NCBI GenBank assembly: GCA_963668175.1
Contig: OY764159.1
Location: 3,936,001-4,000,000, forward strand
Reading direction: 5' to 3'
Length of the DNA: 64,000 nucleotides
Source of the DNA: Syntrophales bacterium
Lineage (GTDB): Bacteria > Desulfobacterota > Syntrophia > Syntrophales > PHBD01
The position numbers and the translations under genes are program-made. Under the pieces are notes generated by a model that saw only the letters and a program-made list of their open reading frames with translations, did not search any database and was not told the DNA's origin. The first letter of the stretch is position 1. Every line of letters starts with the position of its first letter. This document shows positions 47,461-56,198 of the stretch, piece by piece.

Positions 47461-48783
47461 TCACTGAAGGAGGTCTGACAATTCCTTTAGCGACCTTCCG
47501 AAATTGACCTTTTCACTGATGCCCTGTTTCAGATACGCATTGACGCGGTCGATCATTTTAATGGCATAGTCGATCTCGGGATTGCTGCCATGGACATAGG
47601 CCCCGATATTGATCAAATCTTCAGCTCTCCTGTATGTCGCGACGATATTCAGAAGGCGGTTGGCTTTATCGCGATGTTCCTCCTCGACGATGTCGATCAT
47701 GACTCTGCTGACGCTGTCCAGGACATCAACCGCCGGATAGTGGTTCCGGTTCGCTAAATCCCTCGAAAGGGTGATATGCCCGTCAAGAATGGCCCGCGTC
47801 GAATCGGATACCGGCTCATTAAAATCGTCGCCCTCGACCAGAATCGTATACAGCCCTGTAATACTCCCCGACCCTTCCAGGGTGCCGGCGCGTTCAAGCA
47901 ATTTGGGCAGGAGCGAGAAGACGGACGGCGTATACCCCTTGGTAGCCGGCGGTTCCCCCACGGATAACCCCACTTCTCGCTGGGCCATGGCAAAACGCGT
48001 CAGCGAATCGACCATCAGAAGGACGTGAAGCCCCCGGTCGCGGAAATACTCGGATACGGCCGTGGCTACATACGCCGCCCTCATCCGGATCAAGGGATGC
48101 CGGTCCGAAGCGGAAACGACAACCACCGACCTTGCCAATCCTTCCTCCCCCAGATTCTTTTCCAGAAATTCTCTGACTTCCCGACCTCTTTCGCCGATAA
48201 GACCTATGACATTCACATCGGCATTCGTATTTTTAGCCATCATGCCCAGAAGGACGCTCTTGCCGACGCCGGACCCCGCATAGATACCCATTCTCTGGCC
48301 TCTCCCGCAGCTGAAAAGACCGTTGATAACGCGGATTCCCAAGTCCATCGGCTCACTGATGGGGTCCCGCTGCAGCGGATTAATCGGTTCGGCGTACAGA
48401 GGAAAACTCTTCTCGTATTCGATCGGTCCCTTGCCGTCGATAGGGTTCCCCAATCCGTCTATAACGCGCCCCAGAAGCTTCGGTCCTACGCCGATATTGG
48501 CCTTCCGGCCGTAGGAAAGGATCCTGCAGCCCGGCCCTAATCCCTGAAGGGTTTCCAGGGGCATCAGAAGCACTTTTCCCTTCCTGAACCCGACCACTTC
48601 GGCCATGATGGGACATTGTTGCGCACTGTCACCGTGGGGAAAAATGGCGCACATATCTCCGATGGACGCGATCGGGCCATGCCCCTCCACGACCAGCCCG
48701 ATGATCTCACTAACCTTGCCGTAGACGACGATAGGGTTGGCTTCCCGGACCAGTCGCTCATATTTTTTCAAATGGACTTGCAT
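47461..48783 (-). CDS. fliI: Export ATPase FliI
   Basis: AGSGVGKS, GERGREVREF, DSLTRFAMAQRE. Confidence 0.97.
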   Translation of the reverse strand: MQVHLKKYERLVREANPIVVYGKVSEIIGLVVEGHGPIASIGDMCAIFPHGDSAQQCPIMAEVVGFRKGKVLLMPLETLQGLGPGCRILSYGRKANIGVGPKLLGRVIDGLGNPIDGKGPIEYEKSFPLYAEPINPLQRDPISEPMDLGIRVINGLFSCGRGQRMGIYAGSGVGKSVLLGMMAKNTNADVNVIGLIGERGREVREFLEKNLGEEGLARSVVVVSASDRHPLIRMRAAYVATAVSEYFRDRGLHVLLMVDSLTRFAMAQREVGLSVGEPPATKGYTPSVFSLLPKLLERAGTLEGSGSITGLYTILVEGDDFNEPVSDSTRAILDGHITLSRDLANRNHYPAVDVLDSVSRVMIDIVEEEHRDKANRLLNIVATYRRAEDLINIGAYVHGSNPEIDYAIKMIDRVNAYLKQGISEKVNFGRSLKELSDLLQ

Positions 48784-48836
48784 ACGTGCATTCGGGTCTT
48801 TCTTAACGGATACCTCAAAAGACCGGCATCCGACCT

Positions 48837-49526
48837 TCAGGTATCGTTTCCGGACAGAAGGGTTTTCATCTCGCCGAGCTGCCTGTCGACTCTGGCATCC
48901 ACTTCCCCGAAAAGGGATTCGATAACCGCCCCGCCTTTCATGATTTTATCGTCTTCTTCAAGAATGATGTGCTTCACACCGTCGATCGCCTGGAAGAAAT
49001 CGGACTTGATCTCCAGCATATACCGATAATCCTGCGGATTGAGCCTGATCTTCAGCTCTTCCTTGTCTACGATGCTTTTGATGGCATCTGTCAGAACGGC
49101 CTTGATCACATCCCGATTCGTCTGAACCTCCTGATGAACGACCTTTTCCGCTATGGCATAAGCAAGTCCGACAATATCCCGTTCAGCACCTTCCAGGATA
49201 TGCTGTTTCAGAGAATCGATTTCCCTGATCGCCTCTGCGAGCGCCTGGACCGTATGAGAGGCATCCTGCCTCTGTTTCTCGATCCCTTTTTTAAACCCCT
49301 CATCATAACCCCGTTGGAACGATGCCTTCTTCTCCCTGTTAAGGGCGGCTTCATGATCGAGTCGTTCCTGTTCTTTCTTCGATATTTTAGTCGCCGCCGA
49401 AATACCGTCCTGATCGTCGGCAGATTTATATTGCATCCGCATGAACTCGGCGGAAGCAACATCTTCCGGATCGACGATGGTAACCGCTTCGGCCTTAATG
49501 ACCTTGCCACTTTTAGACAAATTCAT
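48837..49526 (-). CDS. fliH: FliH
   Basis: GYDEGFKKG, IRLNPQD, GGAVIES..GEVDA. Confidence 0.93.
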   Translation of the reverse strand: MNLSKSGKVIKAEAVTIVDPEDVASAEFMRMQYKSADDQDGISAATKISKKEQERLDHEAALNREKKASFQRGYDEGFKKGIEKQRQDASHTVQALAEAIREIDSLKQHILEGAERDIVGLAYAIAEKVVHQEVQTNRDVIKAVLTDAIKSIVDKEELKIRLNPQDYRYMLEIKSDFFQAIDGVKHIILEEDDKIMKGGAVIESLFGEVDARVDRQLGEMKTLLSGNDT

Positions 49527-50511
49527 CGGACGCTTCGCCGCCTCTTGAAATGACGATCTTTCCTTCCGTCTCCAGCCGCTTGGTCACTTCCACGATATTC
49601 CTTTGACTGGTTTCCACCTCGGAGAGTCGGATCGGAGGCATCATTTCGATATCCTCCTTCAGCATTTCCGCTCCGCGCTTGGACATATTGCGGAAAACCT
49701 TCTGCCTGGATGGTTCGTCGACGACCTTGAGGGCCCGCGCCAGGTCTTCCGTGCTGACCTCTCTCAGCATCTCCTGGATGCTCTTGTCGTCCAGTTTGAG
49801 CACATCTTCAAAATTGAACATCAGGTTTCTGATTTGGGCTGCCAGCTCCGGGTCGGCATCCTCAAGAGAAGTCATGATGGCGCTTTCGTTCGTACGGCTC
49901 ATCGTATTCAATATCTCCGCGATCATGCGAACGCCGCCTAATTGCTGATCGGTCGAACCTCCGACAAGGATCTGCTTTTCCAGTGTTTTCGCAACTTCCT
50001 CGATGAACTCATAGGGAACGCTTTTCAGGGTTGCCATTCTCTTCGTGATCTCAAACTGCATGGCGGGTGAAAAGTTTTCGAGAATCTGGGCGGCCTGATC
50101 GGGCTTCAAATGCGCCAGAATCAATGCGATCGTCTGCGGATGCTCCGTTCTGGTAAAGTCCATGAGGACCTTGGGATCGACATCCCGGAGCTTGTCGATA
50201 ATGGGATTGTCGAAGGATCTCGCCGATTCGACATCGGACATGAGCTCAGACGCTTCCGTCTCGCCGAGGGCTTTGTAAACGATCGTCTTGGTAACGCCCT
50301 CGTGAACGCTAAGCATATCTCCTTTTTCTCTGGCCAGGGTTACGAACTCCTTGGCGATGGCGTTAATCGTATCTCCCGGTATGCTCTTGATTCTGGTCAT
50401 ATACCGGGTAATACGCTTGATTTCCGAAGGCCGGAAATTCTTCATGACTTCCGCTGCGAGGTCCTCGCCTAAAAGCAGAAGCATGATGGCCGCCTTCTCT
50501 TCGCTTGTCAT
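49513..50511 (-). CDS. fliG: FliG
   Basis: EKAAI, EHPQTIALIL, MFNFED, NMSKR. Confidence 0.97.
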   Translation of the reverse strand: MTSEEKAAIMLLLLGEDLAAEVMKNFRPSEIKRITRYMTRIKSIPGDTINAIAKEFVTLAREKGDMLSVHEGVTKTIVYKALGETEASELMSDVESARSFDNPIIDKLRDVDPKVLMDFTRTEHPQTIALILAHLKPDQAAQILENFSPAMQFEITKRMATLKSVPYEFIEEVAKTLEKQILVGGSTDQQLGGVRMIAEILNTMSRTNESAIMTSLEDADPELAAQIRNLMFNFEDVLKLDDKSIQEMLREVSTEDLARALKVVDEPSRQKVFRNMSKRGAEMLKEDIEMMPPIRLSEVETSQRNIVEVTKRLETEGKIVISRGGEASDEFV

Positions 50512-50558
50512 CGCTCATCCCTTTTCATTCTTATTGAATTTGAAAATATAATAATAGA

Positions 50559-52112
50559 TTACAGCCAGCTTCGCAATAGCTCGGCGAATTTTTTCGAATC
50601 GGCGGCTGCCAACTGCTTGACCAGATCCGCTTCCGTGGCGGGCTTTTCTTCCCCGGTCAAGGCCTTGAGTCCCGGCAGAGCGCCTTCGGCCCTGGTTTCA
50701 CCCGGAATGGCCGCAGCGGCTGCGCCGGCAGGCAAAGCCTCGGCTCCCGGTTCGCGATACACGGGTGGTGCCATCAGGGTCTTGACCAGCGGCCTCACGA
50801 CAAACATGAACACCAGGAATATCGCGGCGAAAATGGCTGCATATTTGATTAAAGGAGAGAAGGTGGCCGTTGCGCTGACAACTTTATCCTGCCAGGTTCC
50901 TGCAAATCCCGCTTCGGTATCCTTCTGGAAAGGCATACTGGTGACGACAACCTGATCACCCCGGGTAGCATTGAAACCTGCCGACTTTCTGACGACATCC
51001 TCCAGGGTGTCCAGTTCCTTCTTGTCTCTGGGCTGAAAGGTTTCGGCTCCCTTGGCATCTTTCGTATACGTTCCGTCGACCATGACGGCAATGGACAGCT
51101 TCTTGATTTCGCCGACGGGCATGACGGTCTTGCTCGTTACCTTGTTTATTTCATAATTGATAAGCTCATCCGATTTCTCCTGCTGGGGCGTTCCTGCTCC
51201 GGCTCCGGTAGCCATCTGCTTTTCCGCTTGCTTTTGACTGCTTCTGACAACCGGCGATTCGGGATCGAATGTTTCTTCCGTCTTCTCCGTCACCCGGAAA
51301 TCGATATCGGCGGCAACCCGCACCACAGCCTTACCGGACCCGACAACATTTTCCAGCATGGACTTGATCTGTGCAGCCAGGTCTTTTTCCACGGTCCTCT
51401 GATATTCGACCTGGGAATTGGAAAGATTGGTCAGCTTCGATCCGCTCTTATTTTTCGAGAGGATGTTTCCCTGACTGTCGACGACCATGACGTCCTCGGC
51501 ATTCAATCCTTCAACGCTGCTGGCAACGAGGTGGGCGATGCCCTCGATCTGGGGCTGCTGTAGTGTCCGCCCCCCTTTCAATTTAACCGTGACGGAAGCC
51601 GTCGGCTTTTTCTGCTGCTCGATGAAAAGCGAATCCCTGGGAATAACGATATGGACCCTGCTGCTCGCGATTTCATCAAGACTGTTGATCGTTCTCGATA
51701 ATTCGCCCTGGAGGGCCCTTCGGTAATTGAGCTGCTGCTCAAACTCCGTGGCCCCCATCATTTTTTTGTCAAAGATTTCGAATCCGACACCCCCGCCCTG
51801 GGGCAGCCCCGATGCAGCCAGTTCGAGCCTCGTCTCCGCCACCTTGTCGGCGGGAACGGAAATCGTGCTGCCCGAGGCGGATATCTGATAGGGAATCTTC
51901 TTCTCCTGCAATTTTGAAACGATGCTCGAGGCATCTTCGCTGGTCAGGTTGGAAAACAGGACCCGATAATCCACCTGTCCCGTATAATAGACAACTCCTA
52001 TGATACCCAGAATGGCCACCGCGGCGACGACACCCAGGGATATCTTTTTGGCCGCTCCCAGGGCATTGAAATTCTTCCAGGCATTGGAAAACATTTGCAG
52101 GATAGGATTCAT
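50559..52112 (-). CDS. fliF: MS-ring FliF
   Basis: GVGFEIFD, YRRALQGELSRTI, PTASV, RGDQV. Confidence 0.97.
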   Translation of the reverse strand: MNPILQMFSNAWKNFNALGAAKKISLGVVAAVAILGIIGVVYYTGQVDYRVLFSNLTSEDASSIVSKLQEKKIPYQISASGSTISVPADKVAETRLELAASGLPQGGGVGFEIFDKKMMGATEFEQQLNYRRALQGELSRTINSLDEIASSRVHIVIPRDSLFIEQQKKPTASVTVKLKGGRTLQQPQIEGIAHLVASSVEGLNAEDVMVVDSQGNILSKNKSGSKLTNLSNSQVEYQRTVEKDLAAQIKSMLENVVGSGKAVVRVAADIDFRVTEKTEETFDPESPVVRSSQKQAEKQMATGAGAGTPQQEKSDELINYEINKVTSKTVMPVGEIKKLSIAVMVDGTYTKDAKGAETFQPRDKKELDTLEDVVRKSAGFNATRGDQVVVTSMPFQKDTEAGFAGTWQDKVVSATATFSPLIKYAAIFAAIFLVFMFVVRPLVKTLMAPPVYREPGAEALPAGAAAAAIPGETRAEGALPGLKALTGEEKPATEADLVKQLAAADSKKFAELLRSWL

Positions 52113-52228
52113 GGATCGATCGCTCTTACTTTGGATTTATGCGTCTGTAAAATTGGGTCAGCCCCGATTTTCCCAGCCATACTCCTGATTTTATTTCGCA
52201 TCGTCTTGATCGGCTGCCCGGATAGTCG

Positions 52229-52543
52229 CTACACGCTCATTCTCATGACTTCCTGGTAGGCATCGATGATTTTATTTCTGACCTGCAGCATCGCGCGGAA
52301 CGATATATCCGCTTTCTCAAGGGCAATCATCGCTTCGTGAATGCTTCCGGTTTTGTCCACCTGCACTTTCGTAATGGCCGCATCGGCATCCATCTGCAAT
52401 TTGTTGATATCCTGGATGGCGTCCTTCAGAACGGTCCCAAAACCTTTCTGGGTCGCCTGGGCTGCCGATGTACTTTTCTTGATATCGGGTACGGAAGGAG
52501 GGATAAGGCTTTTGCTGCTTATGGTTAATTTGTCATCCATCAC
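52229..52543 (-). CDS. fliE: FliE
   Basis: HEAMIALEKA..QVRNKIIDAYQEVMRM. Confidence 0.96.
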   Translation of the reverse strand: MMDDKLTISSKSLIPPSVPDIKKSTSAAQATQKGFGTVLKDAIQDINKLQMDADAAITKVQVDKTGSIHEAMIALEKADISFRAMLQVRNKIIDAYQEVMRMSV

Positions 52544-52570
52544 AACCTCCTGTCAAAATGCATCGTAATC

Positions 52571-53011
52571 CTATTTGCCGATGTCCAGCGTTTTGAGCGC
52601 CATGCTCTTGGTGGCGTCGAATGCCGCCACATTTGCTTCATAGGCCCTGCTGGCAGTAATCATCTCGGTCATTTCCAGGGCAACATTCACATTCGGCATG
52701 AGCACGAACCCATTCTTGTCGGCATCCGGATGGGCCGGATCGTAGATCGTCTTCAGCGGTTCCTTGCTGTCGGCAACACTCCCGACTTTCACCGCATTTA
52801 AAGCATCCTTGATCTTCGAACGGAAATTTTCCTTGGTGGTTTCCTCCTTGATCGGGTCCGCCGCGAAGGAGATGACCTTTCGCTTATACGGCCCGCCTTC
52901 CGGCGTCCTGCTGGTACTGACATTGGCTATGTTGCCCGTCACGACATCCATCTTGGCCCTTTGGGCGGACAGACCGGAACTGCATATTTTAAAAGACGTA
53001 AAAAAATCCAT
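52571..53011 (-). CDS. flgC: FlgC
   Basis: SGLSAQR, NIAN, YDPAHPDA, ASRAYEAN. Confidence 0.97.
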   Translation of the reverse strand: MDFFTSFKICSSGLSAQRAKMDVVTGNIANVSTSRTPEGGPYKRKVISFAADPIKEETTKENFRSKIKDALNAVKVGSVADSKEPLKTIYDPAHPDADKNGFVLMPNVNVALEMTEMITASRAYEANVAAFDATKSMALKTLDIGK

Positions 53012-53012
53012 C

Positions 53013-53438
53013 TTACTTGGCCTCCTTCAAGACGTTCTGCAGACCTCTGAATTTTCTCGCCAGCATTTCAATCGTCGTATTATACATAAGTTGATTCTCG
53101 GCAAGATTTGCCATCTCGACGTCCAATTTCACCTTATCCCCTGTAATTTTTGCCTCATATTCCATATTCTGTCCGGAGTAATCCGGGAGATGTCGTTCAT
53201 GTGTACGTGATATCAGCACTTTCCTGCTTTCTTCGATGGCATCTTCCGTCTTGGCCAGCGTAAGTTTCCTGCGGCTGCCGAAGGCCTTCTTCAGGTCTGT
53301 TTTAAAATTGATTTCACTCGGTTTATAACCATCCGTATCCAGATTGGCGACATTAGACGCGATCACTTTATGACGCTTCGCCCGATAATCGGTCATAACC
53401 GACAACATATCGATGGTTTTAGAAAATAAGCCTTCCAT
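53013..53438 (-). CDS. flgB: FlgB
   Basis: VIASNVANLDT.GYK, EMANLAENQLMY. Confidence 0.95.
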   Translation of the reverse strand: MEGLFSKTIDMLSVMTDYRAKRHKVIASNVANLDTDGYKPSEINFKTDLKKAFGSRRKLTLAKTEDAIEESRKVLISRTHERHLPDYSGQNMEYEAKITGDKVKLDVEMANLAENQLMYNTTIEMLARKFRGLQNVLKEAK

Positions 53439-53475
53439 GGCCGCCTTGTTTCATACAGTCGTTTTGTGAAGAAGA

Positions 53476-53491
53476 TGCAAAGGACATACCA
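53476..53491 (-). promoter_or_regulatory. Sigma54 promoter of the flgB operon
   Basis: TGGTAT-GTCCT-TTGCA, immediately after the regulator stop codon. Confidence 0.8.
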
Positions 53492-53498
53492 ATCTTCT

Positions 53499-54908
53499 TC
53501 ACGATCCCTCCTGATCGTCCCACTTTCCCTCCAGGCCATACTCGTGAAGCTTGTTGCGCATGGTGCGCACGCTGATTCCCAGGATTCTCGAAGCCTTTGT
53601 TTTGTTTCCCTGCGCATTGTCCAGTGTCTTGTAGATGAGGGATTTCTCCATTTCCCGCAGCGTCATCGGCGTATCGCCGCCGGCCTCAGATTTGTCGACA
53701 GGAACTTCAGGAATCTTTGCCCCGCCGCAGGCCTCCAGATCGATATGTGCAGCCTCTATGGTCGGTCCCTGGACGATAAGAACCGCCCTTTCCATAAGAT
53801 TTTCGAGTTCCCTGATATTGCCCGGCCAGGCATATTTCTCCAGTCTGCTTAAGGCCTCGGGCGACAGATCCGGAGGCTTTTTTCCATTCATTTTACTGTA
53901 TTTCTTAATAAAATAGTCACTCAAGAGGGCTACGTCACTGTTCCGGTCCCGCAAGGGCGGAATTTTGACGGGTATGACATTGAGACGGTAATACAGATCG
54001 CTGCGGAATCTCTTATCCTCGATGGCTTGATGTAAATCGGTGTTTGTTGTGGCAATAATCCGAACATCGATCGGAACGGGTTCCTTGCCGCCCAGCCGGT
54101 CCACTTCCGATTCCTGGATCACCCGGAGCAGCTTTGCCTGCAATTGAATATCCATCTCGCTGATTTCATCCAGAAGCAGGGTACCGCCGTCCGCTTGCTC
54201 GAATTTGCCTGCCTTCCTCTGGGCAGCGCCGGTAAAGGCTCCTCTCTCATATCCGAACATTTCACTCTCAAGCAGATTATGCGGTATGGCTGCGCAGTTG
54301 ACGGCGACAAAAGGCATTTTGCTCCGATGGCTGTGACTGTGGATGTATCGGGCAAACAACTCCTTCCCCGTACCGCTTTCCCCCTGGATGAGAACGCTCG
54401 ACTTGCTTTTGGCCACATTCCGCATGAGTTCCAAAAGGTCCTTGACCTTTGGATGGTCGGAAATGATCTTTCTTCCCCTGTCGGTGTCGGCCGCCGCCTC
54501 ATCATAGTCATTTTTTTGACTATCTCCATTGGCGGACAGGACACTTTTTACGACCAGTTCCAGATCGGTCAGAGAGAAGGGCTTCATGATGAACTCGGCG
54601 GCCCCTTCCTTCATTGCTTCCACAGCCGTATTGACCGTACCATAGGCCGTTATCATAATGACGGCCGTGTCCGCCGATATTCTTTTAATTCCTCGCAGGA
54701 CTTCCAGACCGCTCATCTTCGGCATCCGCATATCGGTGATGACCGCCTCGAACTTGCCTTTCTCGAACATTGCCAGGGCGGCCTCGCCGTCCTCCGCCGT
54801 TTCTACGCCGTAACCGCAATTCTCCAAAGATTGGGAGAGGGCCATACGCATGGAGTGATCATCATCAACTATGAGAATTCGTTGCATTGCGTTGTCCTTT
54901 GGATTCAT
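53499..54908 (-). CDS. Sigma54-dependent response regulator (FlgR/FleR/FlrC-like)
   Basis: REC domain (DMRMP), [14 protein letters not shown], Fis-type HTH. Confidence 0.93.
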   Translation of the reverse strand: MNPKDNAMQRILIVDDDHSMRMALSQSLENCGYGVETAEDGEAALAMFEKGKFEAVITDMRMPKMSGLEVLRGIKRISADTAVIMITAYGTVNTAVEAMKEGAAEFIMKPFSLTDLELVVKSVLSANGDSQKNDYDEAAADTDRGRKIISDHPKVKDLLELMRNVAKSKSSVLIQGESGTGKELFARYIHSHSHRSKMPFVAVNCAAIPHNLLESEMFGYERGAFTGAAQRKAGKFEQADGGTLLLDEISEMDIQLQAKLLRVIQESEVDRLGGKEPVPIDVRIIATTNTDLHQAIEDKRFRSDLYYRLNVIPVKIPPLRDRNSDVALLSDYFIKKYSKMNGKKPPDLSPEALSRLEKYAWPGNIRELENLMERAVLIVQGPTIEAAHIDLEACGGAKIPEVPVDKSEAGGDTPMTLREMEKSLIYKTLDNAQGNKTKASRILGISVRTMRNKLHEYGLEGKWDDQEGS

Positions 54909-56155
54909 CTTGAAATCGCGGGAACAGGTTCAATCCCGCTTCCTTCTTCGAGCAGCGGCAGCAAAACATTGAGCACGGCGCCGCCTTCAGTCCGGTTATC
55001 GGCGACGATCAATCCCTGGTGCATATCGAGGATGCTGTGCACAATGGCCAATCCGAGTCCGGAGCCCCGCTCCCTCGTACTGAAGAAGGGATCGAAAATT
55101 TTATCCAGGTGCTCTTCCGGTATCCCTGCCCCGCTGTCGGCAACCCTGATTTCTACATAAGACGCAGGGCGCCCGCCCATCCGGAGCCCCGTAAAGGGAT
55201 TCGTCGTTACATGGAGGATACCGCCCTCGGGCATGGCTTGCAAGGCATTGAGTATCAGGTTCAGAAAGACTTGTTTGAGCATCTCGGCATCGCCGTTGAT
55301 GAGTGGTTCAAAATCGGCGTATTGAATCGTCAGGGAGATATTCTCCTGGTTCATTAACTGGCGGGAAAAGACGATCACATCCTTAAGCACATCGTGGATA
55401 TTGATCCTTTTGAAAACCGGGCTGCGATTTCTGGCAAAAATCAGGAGATTGGATATTTTGTTGTCCATATTCTTGACGGAGGCGATAATATGCGACGCCC
55501 AGTTCTTCTCTTTTTCATTGTCCAGTTCCTTGACCAGAAGCGATGCGAACAATTCTATGCTTCCCAGGGGATTTCTGATCTCATGGGCAATATTGGCCGC
55601 CATCTCGCCCATGGCGACAAGCTTTTCCGTCCTCTTCGCCATGTCTTCCAGCATCTCGATTTTGGTAATGTCGCGTATGGCGAATACCGTTCCGGAGACG
55701 CGGCCATCCCAGGCTCGCACAGGGGAACCGAAAACCTCGAAGATTCTTCCTTTCTTCCTTATCTTGACGCCGGTGTCGCTCTCATAGGATGTGGATGTGA
55801 ATACTTTCTTGCCGCCGCCCTCGAAAGGCGCGCCCAATAAGTAACCGATATGCCTGCCCTGGAGGCTTGCCTGCGACTCTTCGAAATAAACCTCCGCGCA
55901 ACGGTTCACCGTCCGGATATTCCCATCGAGATCGGTAACGACGACTCCGGTGATGAGACTCGAGAGGATGTTCTCCAAGTCATTCGTGGCCTCTTTCTTT
56001 TCGGCGATCGCCTTCTCCAGCTCGATGTTCTTGGCTTCCATTTCCCGGTTAAGCCCGGCGAATTTCTCCTCGAGACTGGCATAGGATTCCTGGAGGCGAA
56101 TCGTCGCCTGATTGAATTCTTCAAAGGACTTTTGCAGAATATCGATTTCGTTCAT
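54905..56155 (-). CDS. Cytoplasmic PAS histidine kinase (FlgS/FleS/FlrB-like)
   Basis: Coiled coil, PAS, AHEIRNPLG, N/G1/F/G2 boxes; no TM segment. Confidence 0.92.
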   Translation of the reverse strand: MNEIDILQKSFEEFNQATIRLQESYASLEEKFAGLNREMEAKNIELEKAIAEKKEATNDLENILSSLITGVVVTDLDGNIRTVNRCAEVYFEESQASLQGRHIGYLLGAPFEGGGKKVFTSTSYESDTGVKIRKKGRIFEVFGSPVRAWDGRVSGTVFAIRDITKIEMLEDMAKRTEKLVAMGEMAANIAHEIRNPLGSIELFASLLVKELDNEKEKNWASHIIASVKNMDNKISNLLIFARNRSPVFKRINIHDVLKDVIVFSRQLMNQENISLTIQYADFEPLINGDAEMLKQVFLNLILNALQAMPEGGILHVTTNPFTGLRMGGRPASYVEIRVADSGAGIPEEHLDKIFDPFFSTRERGSGLGLAIVHSILDMHQGLIVADNRTEGGAVLNVLLPLLEEGSGIEPVPAISR

Positions 56156-56198
56156 GCCGCAAAGATTGCACAGGCAGCCATTCCGGCCGCTCTGCCCG